Positions 29,520 to 41,200 of a DNA stretch of 64,000 nucleotides are shown in pieces. A program made the position numbers and the translations under genes. The DNA comes from an uncultured virus (IMG/VR IMGVR_UViG_3300022074_000020) (taxonomy: Duplodnaviria; Heunggongvirae; Uroviricota; Caudoviricetes; Kyanoviridae). Numbering within the stretch: position 1 is the stretch's first letter; each line of letters starts with the position of its first letter. Under the pieces are notes generated by a model. The model was given only the letters and a program-made list of their open reading frames with translations, was not told the DNA's origin and searched no databases. The stretch lies in the IMG/VR virus record IMGVR_UViG_3300022074_000020, positions 1 through 64,000 of that record. One strand, written 5' to 3'.

Positions 29520-32500
29520 ATGGCAAGAACTGTCCCAGGAACAGGTGCATCGATCGAACCTATCTTTGATGAGGTGTTCGGTGTTCGTGCTGTAAAAGTT
29601 TTAAACGGAGGATCAGGTTATGATCCTGCGGATCCCCCTCGCCTAACAATTACAGGTTGTGGTACACCAACTGTAGCAGCATTATTATATCCGATCATCG
29701 GTTCTGGTGGACAAATTGTTCATGTAAGAGTTTTAGAAAGAGGAAGTGGATATGATCCTTTACGTTTGCAGATCATTCCAGAACAAGAAACACCAAACGT
29801 AGTAAATTCATTTGATTTCAATAGAATATGGCAACGTCATCCTAACTCATTAACACAAGGAACTTTTGCATTATCTGGTACTGCAAAAACTGATAGATTA
29901 ACTATCGTATCAGATAATCATCCAAAACCTTCACAGGTTTATGTAAATGAAAGACAACCTGGAGGTTCTACTGATGTTGTAGATAGAAACTTCAATCAAG
30001 AGTTTGTATTTCGTGGCGGTAAAGACGTTCCAAATCCAGGAACTAGAGAATTTCAAGAAAATAAAGCAGTTGGTATATTAGCAAATGGTGGTCTATTACA
30101 TACTGCTGATTGGGGCGTGGCAGGTAATGCATTTACAAACTTCCCCATTGATGTAATTAAATATGATTATGTAAAAAATACTACTGCATATGATACTATC
30201 AATGATAGTGGAGTTCATTATTATCATACCAGTAAAACTATAGATGAGTTTAAAATTGGAAAAGGTGTATTTGAATGGGGTTTATTAAGAGTATTCATTT
30301 GGAATGTTAAGGTAGAATTTGATAATGTAATGCTACCTGTAGATCAGATTGATGAGACTCTTGGTGCTATTGAAGTTGGTAGAATTGTTGATGATATTGC
30401 GGGAACTGGGCGTGGGGAGATTGCAAAGATTGTTAGAAATAGTCTAGGAGTTATAACAAGAATTTATCTAAGACTTCTTACTGGTGATAGTTTTGCTAAT
30501 GGTGATCTTTGCCTAGGTTCTAACGGGTTTAAGTTTAGAGTATCTGCAGATCCTATTACTTTCACCAATGGTCTGTTTTATATCGACTTTGGTACTCATG
30601 CAAATGAGTTTGGTGCTTTTACATCAGGTCAGTACTATCTTGCTCCAGAAGATATTAAAGTTCACCAGAATAATCTTATTATATGGAATCAGTCAGATAG
30701 TTCAAATAGTCAAGGTAATGCACCACATCCTATGCAGTTCTCTACAACTGCAGATGGAACTTTAAATGGTGGTACATTATATTACACAAGCACAGGATCA
30801 TCAGGAAACGTTGTTGCAGATTACGAAAATAGCTTGCAACCATGGTTCATCATGAATGGTGATGAGACGCAGAAAATATATTACTATTGTGCTAATCACA
30901 GATATATGTCTGGGTATGCAGGTGACGAAGGTTATATTCAACTTGATACTGCAACACAAACTGGAACAGCAGGAGTTACCCCTAACACATATTATATCAA
31001 CGGTTATTACGGAAGTGGAGCAACGTTAGATTATTCAAGATATGCAGATGGTCACTCTAGAATCCTTGGTATGTCCTTTGATGGATACCCGATCTATGGA
31101 CCATGGGGATACAATTCTTCTGGTGCAGTAGCAAGGGAAACTTCTAGTTTCCGTTTAAGGACTACAGCAGAAATTCAAGGTGCTAGACCTATTGTAAACA
31201 CTGCAAGCACTGTGACTTATGCAGTTACTGTTGCTAACGGTGAGTTTGCATTTGATGGATCATCGCCAGAATTTCTGAATCTGTATAGAGGAAAAACTTA
31301 CATTTTTAATCAAGATGACTCGACAAATGACGACTCAAACCATGTCCTATTCTCTACTCAGACGGATGGTTGGCACAGTAGCAATCCTGCTGTTATTGGT
31401 GATACTTCAGTTCTCTATTCTGGCAATGGTATCTCGTACTGGATTGATGGAGCGAGCGTTACATACGCACAATACCTCAGTGGTTTCAACCTTGCTACTA
31501 CTAGAGAGATACGATTTACAGTTCCAGTAGATGCACCTACAGTACTATACTTATTTGGTTACCTCAGACCTGGATATGGAGTCAGACTAGTTAACGATGG
31601 TTATATTTTAGGAGATCTTACATCAGATTATATTTACGATTCTACTGTAGGAACCTTAGATGCATATAATGGTAAGTTTGGTGTAACGCCAGAGTATCCT
31701 AACGGAACTTATGCTTACTTCATGACTGAGGATGGTAGTGGTAATCCTGTGTATCCATATGCTATCGGTCCACAGTATTATGGTGCTCCTATATTTGAAG
31801 GTGATACTGTTCCTGCACAACCATCAACATTCCCATCACTAGCAACAGGTGATGTTGTACTTGCAAGTAACGGTTCTGTTGCTTATGTCAAGATGACTAG
31901 AAAAGGTGATAACTTCTTTGGTCCTGCTAAAGCAAAAATTCTTGGTGGTGAAGGATCTGGTGCAGTAGGTACTCCTACTGTTCAAACTGTTACTGGTCTA
32001 TCTCTGCTCAATCAAGGTAGAAGTTATGCATCTCCTCCAACGCTCATCTTTGAAGGTGGTGGTGGACAAGGTGCACAAGGTGCTGCTGCGATTGATACCT
32101 TAGGTAAAGTTACAGGTGTCAATATTGTTGATCCAGGTGAGTTCTATCAAGAAGAACCTTATGTTCTCATTTCTGGTGGTGGAGGTATTGGTGCAAAAGC
32201 AGAGGCAAATATATCACAGGGTGTTATTACAGGTATTAATATTACCGACCCAGGTGAAGGATATACTTCTGTACCAAATGTTATCTTCACTAAACTTGTA
32301 AATCTTAAGCGTAAGACTAGAGCAAGACAAGCATTTAACTCTAGTGCAATTTACCTTACTGGTCTTGTCAAAGATGTTAGTGCAAATGATACAAGCATAT
32401 TTGTTGACTCAACAGATGCATATCCTGGATCTGGTCAAATCATTGTCAACAAAGAGACTATTGCATATACTAGTAAAACTGCAGGTAAATTTACTGGTCT

Positions 32501-33689
32501 AACTCGTGGTGTAAACTTCAACTATGATCAGAGAGTCGTATTAGATACTATTCAAAACTTACCTGATGGAACTTCTAACTATAAGTTCAACGTTGGTGAC
32601 AGAGTTATACGTCGTGTTGAGAATGCTAATAATAAAATTGCAAAAGTATATGATTTCGACGCTGCTACTAGAGAACTTCTAGTTACATTTGAAGTTGATG
32701 AACTAGCATTTATTGATGGTGGTAGACCTTCGACTGAAGATGCTATTGTACAGTTTGATGCAGGTGTTGCAGCATCTTCTGGTGCAGGTATTTTACCACA
32801 CGTCGTTATTGATTCAGTAGGAAATAGTATTCCTACACTTACAATTCCTCTCGGATCATTAACTGATAAAGACTTTGAAGATGATGATGAGAATGCAGGA
32901 GCAGGTGACGGTATTCCTGACTTGGTGAATACTTCTACTGACTATGCTAGTCAAATTAATCTTGATGGTGGTATATTCAGTTCACTTTATGGTATTGAGG
33001 AGACTCAAGGTGGTACTAACACAACTCTATTCCAAGTTGGTGACAGTATTAAGGATGCTGATATTCCATTCAAGTACGCAACTGTCGTTGAGGCAGGTGG
33101 ACTTGCTGACGGTGTAGCACACCCTTCTATCCTAAATATCACATTAGATGTTGCAAGTGGTAATGCACAAAACTTCCAGACTAATGAAGTTGTAACTGGT
33201 GCTATTTCTGGCGTTAGAGCAACTGTTGTTTCTTGGAATTCTACAAATGGAGTTCTACAAGTTAACAATGTTATACCCTTTAATACTGGAAATGTTAACA
33301 TCGGTATCGCGGGATTACTCTATGAGTTCTCTCAAAATAGCAGTATAATTGACTTTATTATTGCAAATCCTGGAACTAACTATACTGGAGTCCCAACAAT
33401 AGCGATCGAGAACACAGGTGATATACAGTCAACTGGTACTGTAGTTATGACGACTGCAGGAGACCAAGTTGCATCTATTACTATTGGTAATGGAGGGTAT
33501 GGAATCCCTCAAACTGTAGATGGCACCTACAATCTACACCCAACCGTTACATTTACTAATGCAGGCGGTGATAGCACTGGAGCGAACGCTGCTGCACAAG
33601 CAGTATTAGGTGGTGAAGTTCTTAATGGTAATGGCGGTGCCTCTTACAGGATTAAGAGCATTGAATATCTTACAACAGTTCGCTCGTAA
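29520..33689 (+). CDS. virion structural protein with YHYH-type domain and cupredoxin-like module (1389 aa)
   Basis: HSRILGMSFDGYPIYGP...LDAYNG....PEYPNGTYAYF; YYYCANHRYM; GSGY repeats. Confidence 0.8.
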   Translation: MARTVPGTGASIEPIFDEVFGVRAVKVLNGGSGYDPADPPRLTITGCGTPTVAALLYPIIGSGGQIVHVRVLERGSGYDPLRLQIIPEQETPNVVNSFDFNRIWQRHPNSLTQGTFALSGTAKTDRLTIVSDNHPKPSQVYVNERQPGGSTDVVDRNFNQEFVFRGGKDVPNPGTREFQENKAVGILANGGLLHTADWGVAGNAFTNFPIDVIKYDYVKNTTAYDTINDSGVHYYHTSKTIDEFKIGKGVFEWGLLRVFIWNVKVEFDNVMLPVDQIDETLGAIEVGRIVDDIAGTGRGEIAKIVRNSLGVITRIYLRLLTGDSFANGDLCLGSNGFKFRVSADPITFTNGLFYIDFGTHANEFGAFTSGQYYLAPEDIKVHQNNLIIWNQSDSSNSQGNAPHPMQFSTTADGTLNGGTLYYTSTGSSGNVVADYENSLQPWFIMNGDETQKIYYYCANHRYMSGYAGDEGYIQLDTATQTGTAGVTPNTYYINGYYGSGATLDYSRYADGHSRILGMSFDGYPIYGPWGYNSSGAVARETSSFRLRTTAEIQGARPIVNTASTVTYAVTVANGEFAFDGSSPEFLNLYRGKTYIFNQDDSTNDDSNHVLFSTQTDGWHSSNPAVIGDTSVLYSGNGISYWIDGASVTYAQYLSGFNLATTREIRFTVPVDAPTVLYLFGYLRPGYGVRLVNDGYILGDLTSDYIYDSTVGTLDAYNGKFGVTPEYPNGTYAYFMTEDGSGNPVYPYAIGPQYYGAPIFEGDTVPAQPSTFPSLATGDVVLASNGSVAYVKMTRKGDNFFGPAKAKILGGEGSGAVGTPTVQTVTGLSLLNQGRSYASPPTLIFEGGGGQGAQGAAAIDTLGKVTGVNIVDPGEFYQEEPYVLISGGGGIGAKAEANISQGVITGINITDPGEGYTSVPNVIFTKLVNLKRKTRARQAFNSSAIYLTGLVKDVSANDTSIFVDSTDAYPGSGQIIVNKETIAYTSKTAGKFTGLTRGVNFNYDQRVVLDTIQNLPDGTSNYKFNVGDRVIRRVENANNKIAKVYDFDAATRELLVTFEVDELAFIDGGRPSTEDAIVQFDAGVAASSGAGILPHVVIDSVGNSIPTLTIPLGSLTDKDFEDDDENAGAGDGIPDLVNTSTDYASQINLDGGIFSSLYGIEETQGGTNTTLFQVGDSIKDADIPFKYATVVEAGGLADGVAHPSILNITLDVASGNAQNFQTNEVVTGAISGVRATVVSWNSTNGVLQVNNVIPFNTGNVNIGIAGLLYEFSQNSSIIDFIIANPGTNYTGVPTIAIENTGDIQSTGTVVMTTAGDQVASITIGNGGYGIPQTVDGTYNLHPTVTFTNAGGDSTGANAAAQAVLGGEVLNGNGGASYRIKSIEYLTTVRS

Positions 33690-33694
33690 CTACG

Positions 33695-33701
33695 ATAAAT
33701 A
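33695..33701 (+). promoter_or_regulatory. T4-type late promoter
   Basis: Intergenic ATAAATA upstream of g8, followed by GAGG. Confidence 0.75.
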
Positions 33702-33727
33702 AACAAGAGGACAAATAGTATCCGCAA

Positions 33728-35260
33728 ATGGCAGCCCTATTAACTGATCAGTTTAGAATATTTTCTGCGAAAAAGTTCATCAAGGCACTTGAAGGTCCCG
33801 ACGCGACTCAAAGTGACGATGTAGCAGGTACAACGAGAGATCGTTTGTATCTGTTTATTGGAAGACCGCAACCCTGGGATAATGAGAACTCACCGCCTCA
33901 GGCAGTGGACTCTTTCTCAGAGTTTTCTGGTTCTTATGACGACATGGTATCAATGAAACGTGTCCTCGCTTCAGATACCGTTCAAGTTTGTCGTAGAATC
34001 GACTGGGTTTCTCCAGAACAAACTACTGGTGGATTGGGTTTTACTTATGACATGTATCGTCATGACTATTCCCCAAGTAAGACTGCTGCTTCAGGTGCTA
34101 CTAAACTCTATGATTCTGATTTTTACGTTGTAAACTCTCAGTATCAAGTATACAAATGTATCTACAATGGTACATCACCCTCTGATCCTAATGGCAAACC
34201 TTCTACTGTCGAGCCTACTGGGACTAGTACTAGCATCATCACTACTGGCGACGGGTATCGTTGGAAGTATATGTACACTATTCCAGTTGCAAGCGTTCTT
34301 AAGTTTTTCTCAAACGACTACATGCCCGTCTTCACTAACGCAGCGGTTCAAACCAATGCAGTCGCAGGTGAAGTCGATACTGTTGTTATCAACGCTGCAG
34401 GGTCTGGTTACAACAATGGTACTTACGACAACGTAGCGATCAACGGTGACGGAACTGGTGGTCGTGTCTCAATCGTTGTTGACGGTGGTAAAGTTATCTC
34501 TGCTACTGTTACATCTGGTGGTACTGGATACACATTCGGTAAAATCAGTATTGATAATATCACTGGTATCGGTACTGGTACTGGTGGACAGGTTGACGTT
34601 ATCTTGCCTCCTCCTGGTGGGCACGGTGACACTGCTGTTACTGAAATCGGTGCCTTTAGGGTAATGATTAATGCCAAACTCTCATATGATGAGGGTGCGG
34701 GTGACTTCCCTGTTGATAACGACTATCGTCGTATCGGTTTGATTACAAACCCACTTAAATTTGGTACATCTGAACTTATCTCTGACTTGACGATCTCTGC
34801 TGCTAAAGCAGTTATCTTCTCTCCTACATTCCAAGGTAACTATGTTCCTGATGAAATTATTACACAAACACGAGTTGTTGGTGGAACCAACGTTACTGCT
34901 CGTGGTAGAGTAATTTCTTGGAATCCTACAACTAAACTTCTGAAGTATTATCAGAACGCAGTTGATGGTATCTTCCCAGAAGTTACAGGTACACAGAATG
35001 AGTTTGACGGTTCTAACGTTATCAGTGGTGCAACCTCTGGTGCTGCAGGACAACCCGACGTCAACTTCCCTGCTGTTCCAAACTCATCTTCTAGAACTAT
35101 CAACAATACAGAATATGATCTAGGTATGAAGTTCAACAACGGTTATGCAAAACCCGAAGTTGCTTCAAACACTGGTCAGGTTGTGTACATAGATAATAGG
35201 AGATCAATCAGTCGTGCTAACGACCAAGTAGAAGACATCAAAATCGTAATCGAGTTCTAA
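33728..35260 (+). CDS. g8: baseplate wedge subunit gp8
   Basis: LYLFIGRPQPW, VYKCIYNG, DGYRWKYMYTI and EDIKIVIEF C-terminus. Confidence 0.95.
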   Translation: MAALLTDQFRIFSAKKFIKALEGPDATQSDDVAGTTRDRLYLFIGRPQPWDNENSPPQAVDSFSEFSGSYDDMVSMKRVLASDTVQVCRRIDWVSPEQTTGGLGFTYDMYRHDYSPSKTAASGATKLYDSDFYVVNSQYQVYKCIYNGTSPSDPNGKPSTVEPTGTSTSIITTGDGYRWKYMYTIPVASVLKFFSNDYMPVFTNAAVQTNAVAGEVDTVVINAAGSGYNNGTYDNVAINGDGTGGRVSIVVDGGKVISATVTSGGTGYTFGKISIDNITGIGTGTGGQVDVILPPPGGHGDTAVTEIGAFRVMINAKLSYDEGAGDFPVDNDYRRIGLITNPLKFGTSELISDLTISAAKAVIFSPTFQGNYVPDEIITQTRVVGGTNVTARGRVISWNPTTKLLKYYQNAVDGIFPEVTGTQNEFDGSNVISGATSGAAGQPDVNFPAVPNSSSRTINNTEYDLGMKFNNGYAKPEVASNTGQVVYIDNRRSISRANDQVEDIKIVIEF

Positions 35261-38200
35261 TGGCACAAAACACCAATCTAAACGTCACTCCATACTACGA
35301 CGATTTCGATAAAGCTAAAAACTTTTATCGAGTGCTATTTCGTCCTGGGTTCCCTATCCAAGCACGAGAACTTACTACCATGCAGAGTATTCTGCAGAAT
35401 CAGGTAGAGAACGTCGGATCGCATCTATTCAAAGATGGATCGATGGTCATTCCTGGTCAAGTAGGTTATGATCTAAATGTCGAAGCAATTCAGTTACAAG
35501 AATCATTCTTGGGTGCTGATGTTGAAAACTATCGTACTCAGTTGAATGGCAAGATCGTCACTGGTCTTACATCTGGGGTAAAAGCAAAAGTATTATTCAG
35601 TATTTCTGCTTCAGATTCCACAAAAGGATATATCACACTATACGTTAAGTATATCGAATCTGGTGGCACACAAAATACACAACAAACATTCTCAAATAAC
35701 GAGCAGTTAATTACTGACACTGAGATCACTTTCGGTACAACTTTGATTGAAGTTGGATCGCCATTTGCTCAGTTGTTACCTACTGCTGCACTACAGAAAG
35801 GTTCCGTAGCATATATTCAAGAAGGTGTTTACTTCATCAGAGGATTCTTCGTTGATGTACAATACCAATACTTACTCCTTGATCAGTATGGATCAAACCC
35901 CTCCTATCGTATCGGACTTGATATTCAAGAATCCATTATTACTCCAGAGGATGACCTTAGTCTCAATGATAACGCTGCTGGAACAAGTAACTATGCTGCT
36001 CCTGGTTCTCATAGATTTAGAGTCTCCACAAGATTAGTTAAGAAACTACTCACAGATGATGCTGATAAGGACTTCCTTGAACTCTTAAGAATCAACAATA
36101 GTAAAGTTGAAAAACTTGTTGATAGAAGTGCATATGATGAACTAGAAAGATCCATGGCAACCAGAACTTTTGAAGAGTCTGGTGACTATGTTGTTAAAGA
36201 TTTTAAAATCACTGCTAGAGAAAACCTCGATGATGGTTTTAACAACGGTGTATATGAAACAGGTTCTACAACTGCTCAGGGTAATACCACTGCAGAAAGA
36301 ATGTATGCTGTTGAGTTCGGACCTGGAACTGCATATGTTAGAGGATATAGAGTTAAGACTCTATCACCAACCTACGTTGACTTAGATAAACCAAGAGATA
36401 CTGCAGCATCACAGAATACTATTATCCCATTTGAGATGGGTAATAACATTATTGTGAATAATGTTTATGGTTTCCCTAATTCCACAGGTTCATCTCTTAG
36501 CAATGCATATCAAACTATTGAATTAAGAGATACTTTCACTTCAACTCCTGGAAACGGTGCAGGCAATATTATTGGTTTTGCAAGACTTGCTTGCATGGAG
36601 CATACCTCTGATGGTGATGACACTACTTTCGGTAATGCTGATGACACTTACAACACTAACATCTTTGATGTTCAGATGTTTAATGTTCTTGAGTTAGCAT
36701 CTGCTGTAACTATTCAAGCAGGTTCTGTACTGATCGGTGCAACCTCTGGTGCAAGAGCATATCTTGTAGATGGTGTTTCTGCTACAGATCATATCAAATG
36801 CTATCAGGTTGAAGGTGCTTTCGCTGTAGGCGAAATGATCGTAGTTGATGGTTTAAACGTTGATACTGTTGAAGTTTCTCATACTTATGCATTCTCTGAT
36901 ACTAGACAGATTGTATCTAGAGATGAAAGTACAAATGCTACTGAGTTTACTGCTGATATTATCTTAGATGATATTCAGGTTGTTCAAGGTACTACATTCA
37001 CTTATGATGCTACAGGTTCTGCTGAAAAAATCACTGGTCAATCTTCTAACTTTGCGTTAGATCTTAAACCTGGCGACAGAATCTTCTTTAATGGAACTCA
37101 GTATGTTGATGTTGATAAGATCAACCCTACCTCATTAACTGGTTCTCAGAATTCTACTATCTTTAACTATCAAGCACAGACAGTTAATGTAACTCCTGGA
37201 CCTGGTGGTGCTGCTCCTTCTGCAGGAACTTACGCTGCCTTACTCAGACAACGTTCTAGGTTGAACAATGTTCAGAATGCAGATCTCTTAAGTGAGATGC
37301 CTAAGAAGTACATCAAGAGTATTTCTGATGAATCAATGATTGTCAGAAGAACTTTCGATGCTCAAACAGTTGCTTCTAACTCTATCTCCATTACTCTTCC
37401 TGAGAATGAACAGTTCCAAGCAATCTCCGATACCAATTATACTCTTACTGTACTTGCAGGTACAAACAGCACTCACCCTGTTGGTGATCAAATCACTATC
37501 AATACTGTCAGTTCTGGTACTATTGGTTATACCACGTTCACCTCTTCTGATAGAACAACTATTCAGATTGATAACTTAACTAACATTACTTCGATTAAAG
37601 TTACTGCAACTATCTCGAAGAACGTTACTCAAAGAAAAACAAAATCTGGTCAGCAGATGTTTGTTCTTAAAACCATTAAGACAATTGAAAATCTTGACAA
37701 GCAAAATTATAATCTAACTTATTCAAACCTTTACGGTACTAGAATTCAAGATAGGGATCTTTCTCTTGGTCTTGTAGATGCTTACAGATTACATGCTGTA
37801 TATGAATCTAACGATGACAATGATCCTGTTCTTCCTTCTGTAACTCTGGTTGAACCAACTTTCTTTGCTACAGGAACTATCGTTACTGGTAGAACTTCTA
37901 AAGCAAGAGCAAAGGTAGTTGCATTTAGTTCTGGAACTCTAAAACTAAGTCTTGTTTATGTCAGCGGTCAATTACAGTCAGGTGAAACCATTGATGGTTT
38001 TGACAGTAATGGAACTGCTATTAGTGCGATTATTAATGATAGTGTTGGATCTGTTATTGAAGGATCAAAAGTTATCACTGATAATTACTTCTTAGAAGTA
38101 GCACAAACTGGTTTCATCTACGATGTTTCTAGAGTTACTCGTAAGAAAGGTGTTGCAACTCCAATCAGAAAACTTCTGATGGTTATTGACTACTATACAC

Positions 38201-41200
38201 ATTCTGCAACTGGTGATTACTTCGGTGGTCAATCATATCTTGACACAACATATGGTGATATTCCATTCTTTGAAACTAAGTTCCTCTCAGATTACTTAGA
38301 CTTTAGACCAGGATGTAAGAATCTTTATAGTGGTACTGGTACAGTTGCATCTCCTGCCTTTGTTAACTGCTCAACATTTGACTTTAAGTCAAGAGTGTTT
38401 AATGTATCTGGATCTCCGAATGCTACTATCTTCGACGTTCCTAAAATTAACAGCGACTTCCGTGCAGACTTTGACTGGTATCTACCTAGAATTGATAAAG
38501 CATTCTTAACACCTGCAGGTGAGTTCCAAGTTATTAAAGGTAAGTCTTCTGAGTTACCTCAAGAACCTGATGATCTGAAAGATGGTATGCTATTGGCAAC
38601 CATGTCTCATAAACCATATGGTTTTGATCCTGAGTCTGACATTGTTATCACTAGATCGGATAACAGACGTTATACCATGCGTGACATCGGTGGTATTGAA
38701 CGTAGATTAGATCAAGTTGAATATTATACTTCACTCAACATGCTTGAGTCTGATACTTTCAACACTAAGATTATTGACTCTGATGGTAAAGATAGACTTA
38801 AGAATGGATTTATTGTAGACGATTTCTCAGATCACAGTAAGTCTGAAACTTCTCATGAAGATTTCAATGCTGCATTGGATTTTGCAGGTGGTCAGTGCCA
38901 TCCTTCACACTATACAACTAACATTCCTTTACAGGTTAATACAACCTTATCTCAAAACTATCAGCAGACTGGACCGATTATCACTCGACCATATAGTGAG
39001 TTGACAATCATCAATCAACCATATGCTTCTAGAGTTGAGAACATCAACCCATTCAACGTATTCACTTACATTGGACGTATTGATTTAACTCCTGCATCTG
39101 ATGACTGGTTAGATACACAAAGATTACCTCAAAGAGTTACACAGATTGAAGGTGATTTTGAATCTGTATCATCTGAAATGAGAGTTGACCAAAATGGTTT
39201 TGCTCCTATTCAGTGGAACGCATGGAGAGATCAGTGGACTACAAATAGAACTATCGGATCTAGAGTTACCAGAAACTCCTTCTGGTTAGAGATGGACCGT
39301 GGTAGATCACCAAATGCAGGTGTATGGGGTGGTCGTGGTATGAGACGTGTTAACAGAACGACATCTTTCCTTGCCACTACTAGACAGACTAGATCTGGTA
39401 TTAGATCCAGAGTTATTCCTAGAATTGACAGACAATCTCTTGGTGATAGCGTTATTTCTTCTACTTCTATTCCTTGGATTAGATCCAGAAACGTTAAGGT
39501 TAACGTTGAAAGACTGAAACCCAGAACTCGTTTCTATTCATTCTTCGATGGTAAGAAGGTATCTGATTACTTCACTCCTAAGTTGATTGAACTTATTAAG
39601 AACCCTTCTACTGATGCTCGTACAAACTCTACACCTTTCATTCCTGGTGAGACTGTAAGAGGACAAAGTAGTGGTTGTGTTTTAAAAGTTGCAAACCCTG
39701 ATGATCTATATGTAAACAACCCATATGATGATACTGCAATGGCAACATCATATGCTTCTACTACTGCATACTTGAACATTGATACTGATGCACTAGCATC
39801 TAACGCTGTCGGTGAGTTCTATGGTAATGTGCAAGTTGGTGAAGTATTAGTTGCTAACTCTGGTGCTAGAGCAATTGTTAAAGATCGTCGTCTTGTTTCA
39901 GACCGTTTTGGTAAGTTCCAAGCATCATTCTTTATTCCACCTCCATCTGTAGATACTAATCCACGTTGGGCAACTGGTACAAGATCTATTAGACTTTCTA
40001 CTTCTGATTCTGATTCACGTCTTGCAGGTGCAGTTGCATCTTCTGCTGAAGCAGAATACGAAGCAAGTGGTACATTGAACAGAGTTCGTGAGAACGTTCT
40101 TGCTGTTAGAAATGCTGAAGTTGTTCGTGACACTGTTAACCAGACTAGAAACTTCAATACAATCAGAACTGAGACTAGACAGATTGGTTGGTATGACCCT
40201 CTTGCTCAGTCATTTATTTCTGATGAAGAAGGTGGTGTGTTTATTACATCTGTCGAAGTATACTTCTTTAAGAAAGACACAAATATTCCTGTATCCATGC
40301 AGATTAGAACCATGGAAAATGGATACCCTACCACAAGTATCCTACCTTTCTCTGACGTAACCTTAGAACCAAGCGTTGTTCAGTTATCTGAAACTGCTGC
40401 TGTTGCAACTAAGTTTACCTTTAAGGCACCTGTCTATATTCCACAGTCGATCGAACATTGTTTCGTTCTTCTTTCTGACTCTAACGAGTATCAGATCTGG
40501 ATCTCTAGAATGGGTGAGATTGATATTACTGGTGACAGAACTATTTCTGAGCAACCATATGCAGGTGTGCTGTTCAAATCACAGAACGCATCTACATGGA
40601 CTGCTGACCAGTATGAAGACTTGAAGTTCAAAGTTAATAGAGCAGAGTTTGATACTACTTCATTATCTACTGTTACTCTTAATAATGCTCCTCTTGATAT
40701 TGGTAACGGTGGTAAGTTAAGGTTACAACCAGATCCAATCCAGACATTCATTCCTGAGATTGATCTTGTTCTTAACTCTACTTCACTTCCATATACTATT
40801 GGTGCTAGAATTTATCAGAAGACTACACTTGCTGAAGGTACTATTGCCAAGAGAACTGTAACATCTGGTGGTGTTGTCTTGACAATCAAAGACATCACAG
40901 GAACGTTTGCTGCAGGATCTAACACTGGTGGTGTTATTTCAAACAGAATCGTATCTTCTAAGACAACAGCAACTCTCATAGTTACTGGTGCATCTGGTGA
41001 CTTTACTGTCGGTGAGACAATTACAGGTAACTCTGCTACTGCTCCTACTGCTGAAGTTGTAACTTGGACTGCAAATACAAACACTCTTGAACTGAAGTTT
41101 ATTTCCACAGACTTTATTACTTCACCTGCTGAAACTATCACTGGTGGAACATCTACTGTTACTGCAACTGTTTCATCCGTAACTTATTCTGGTGACTCTG

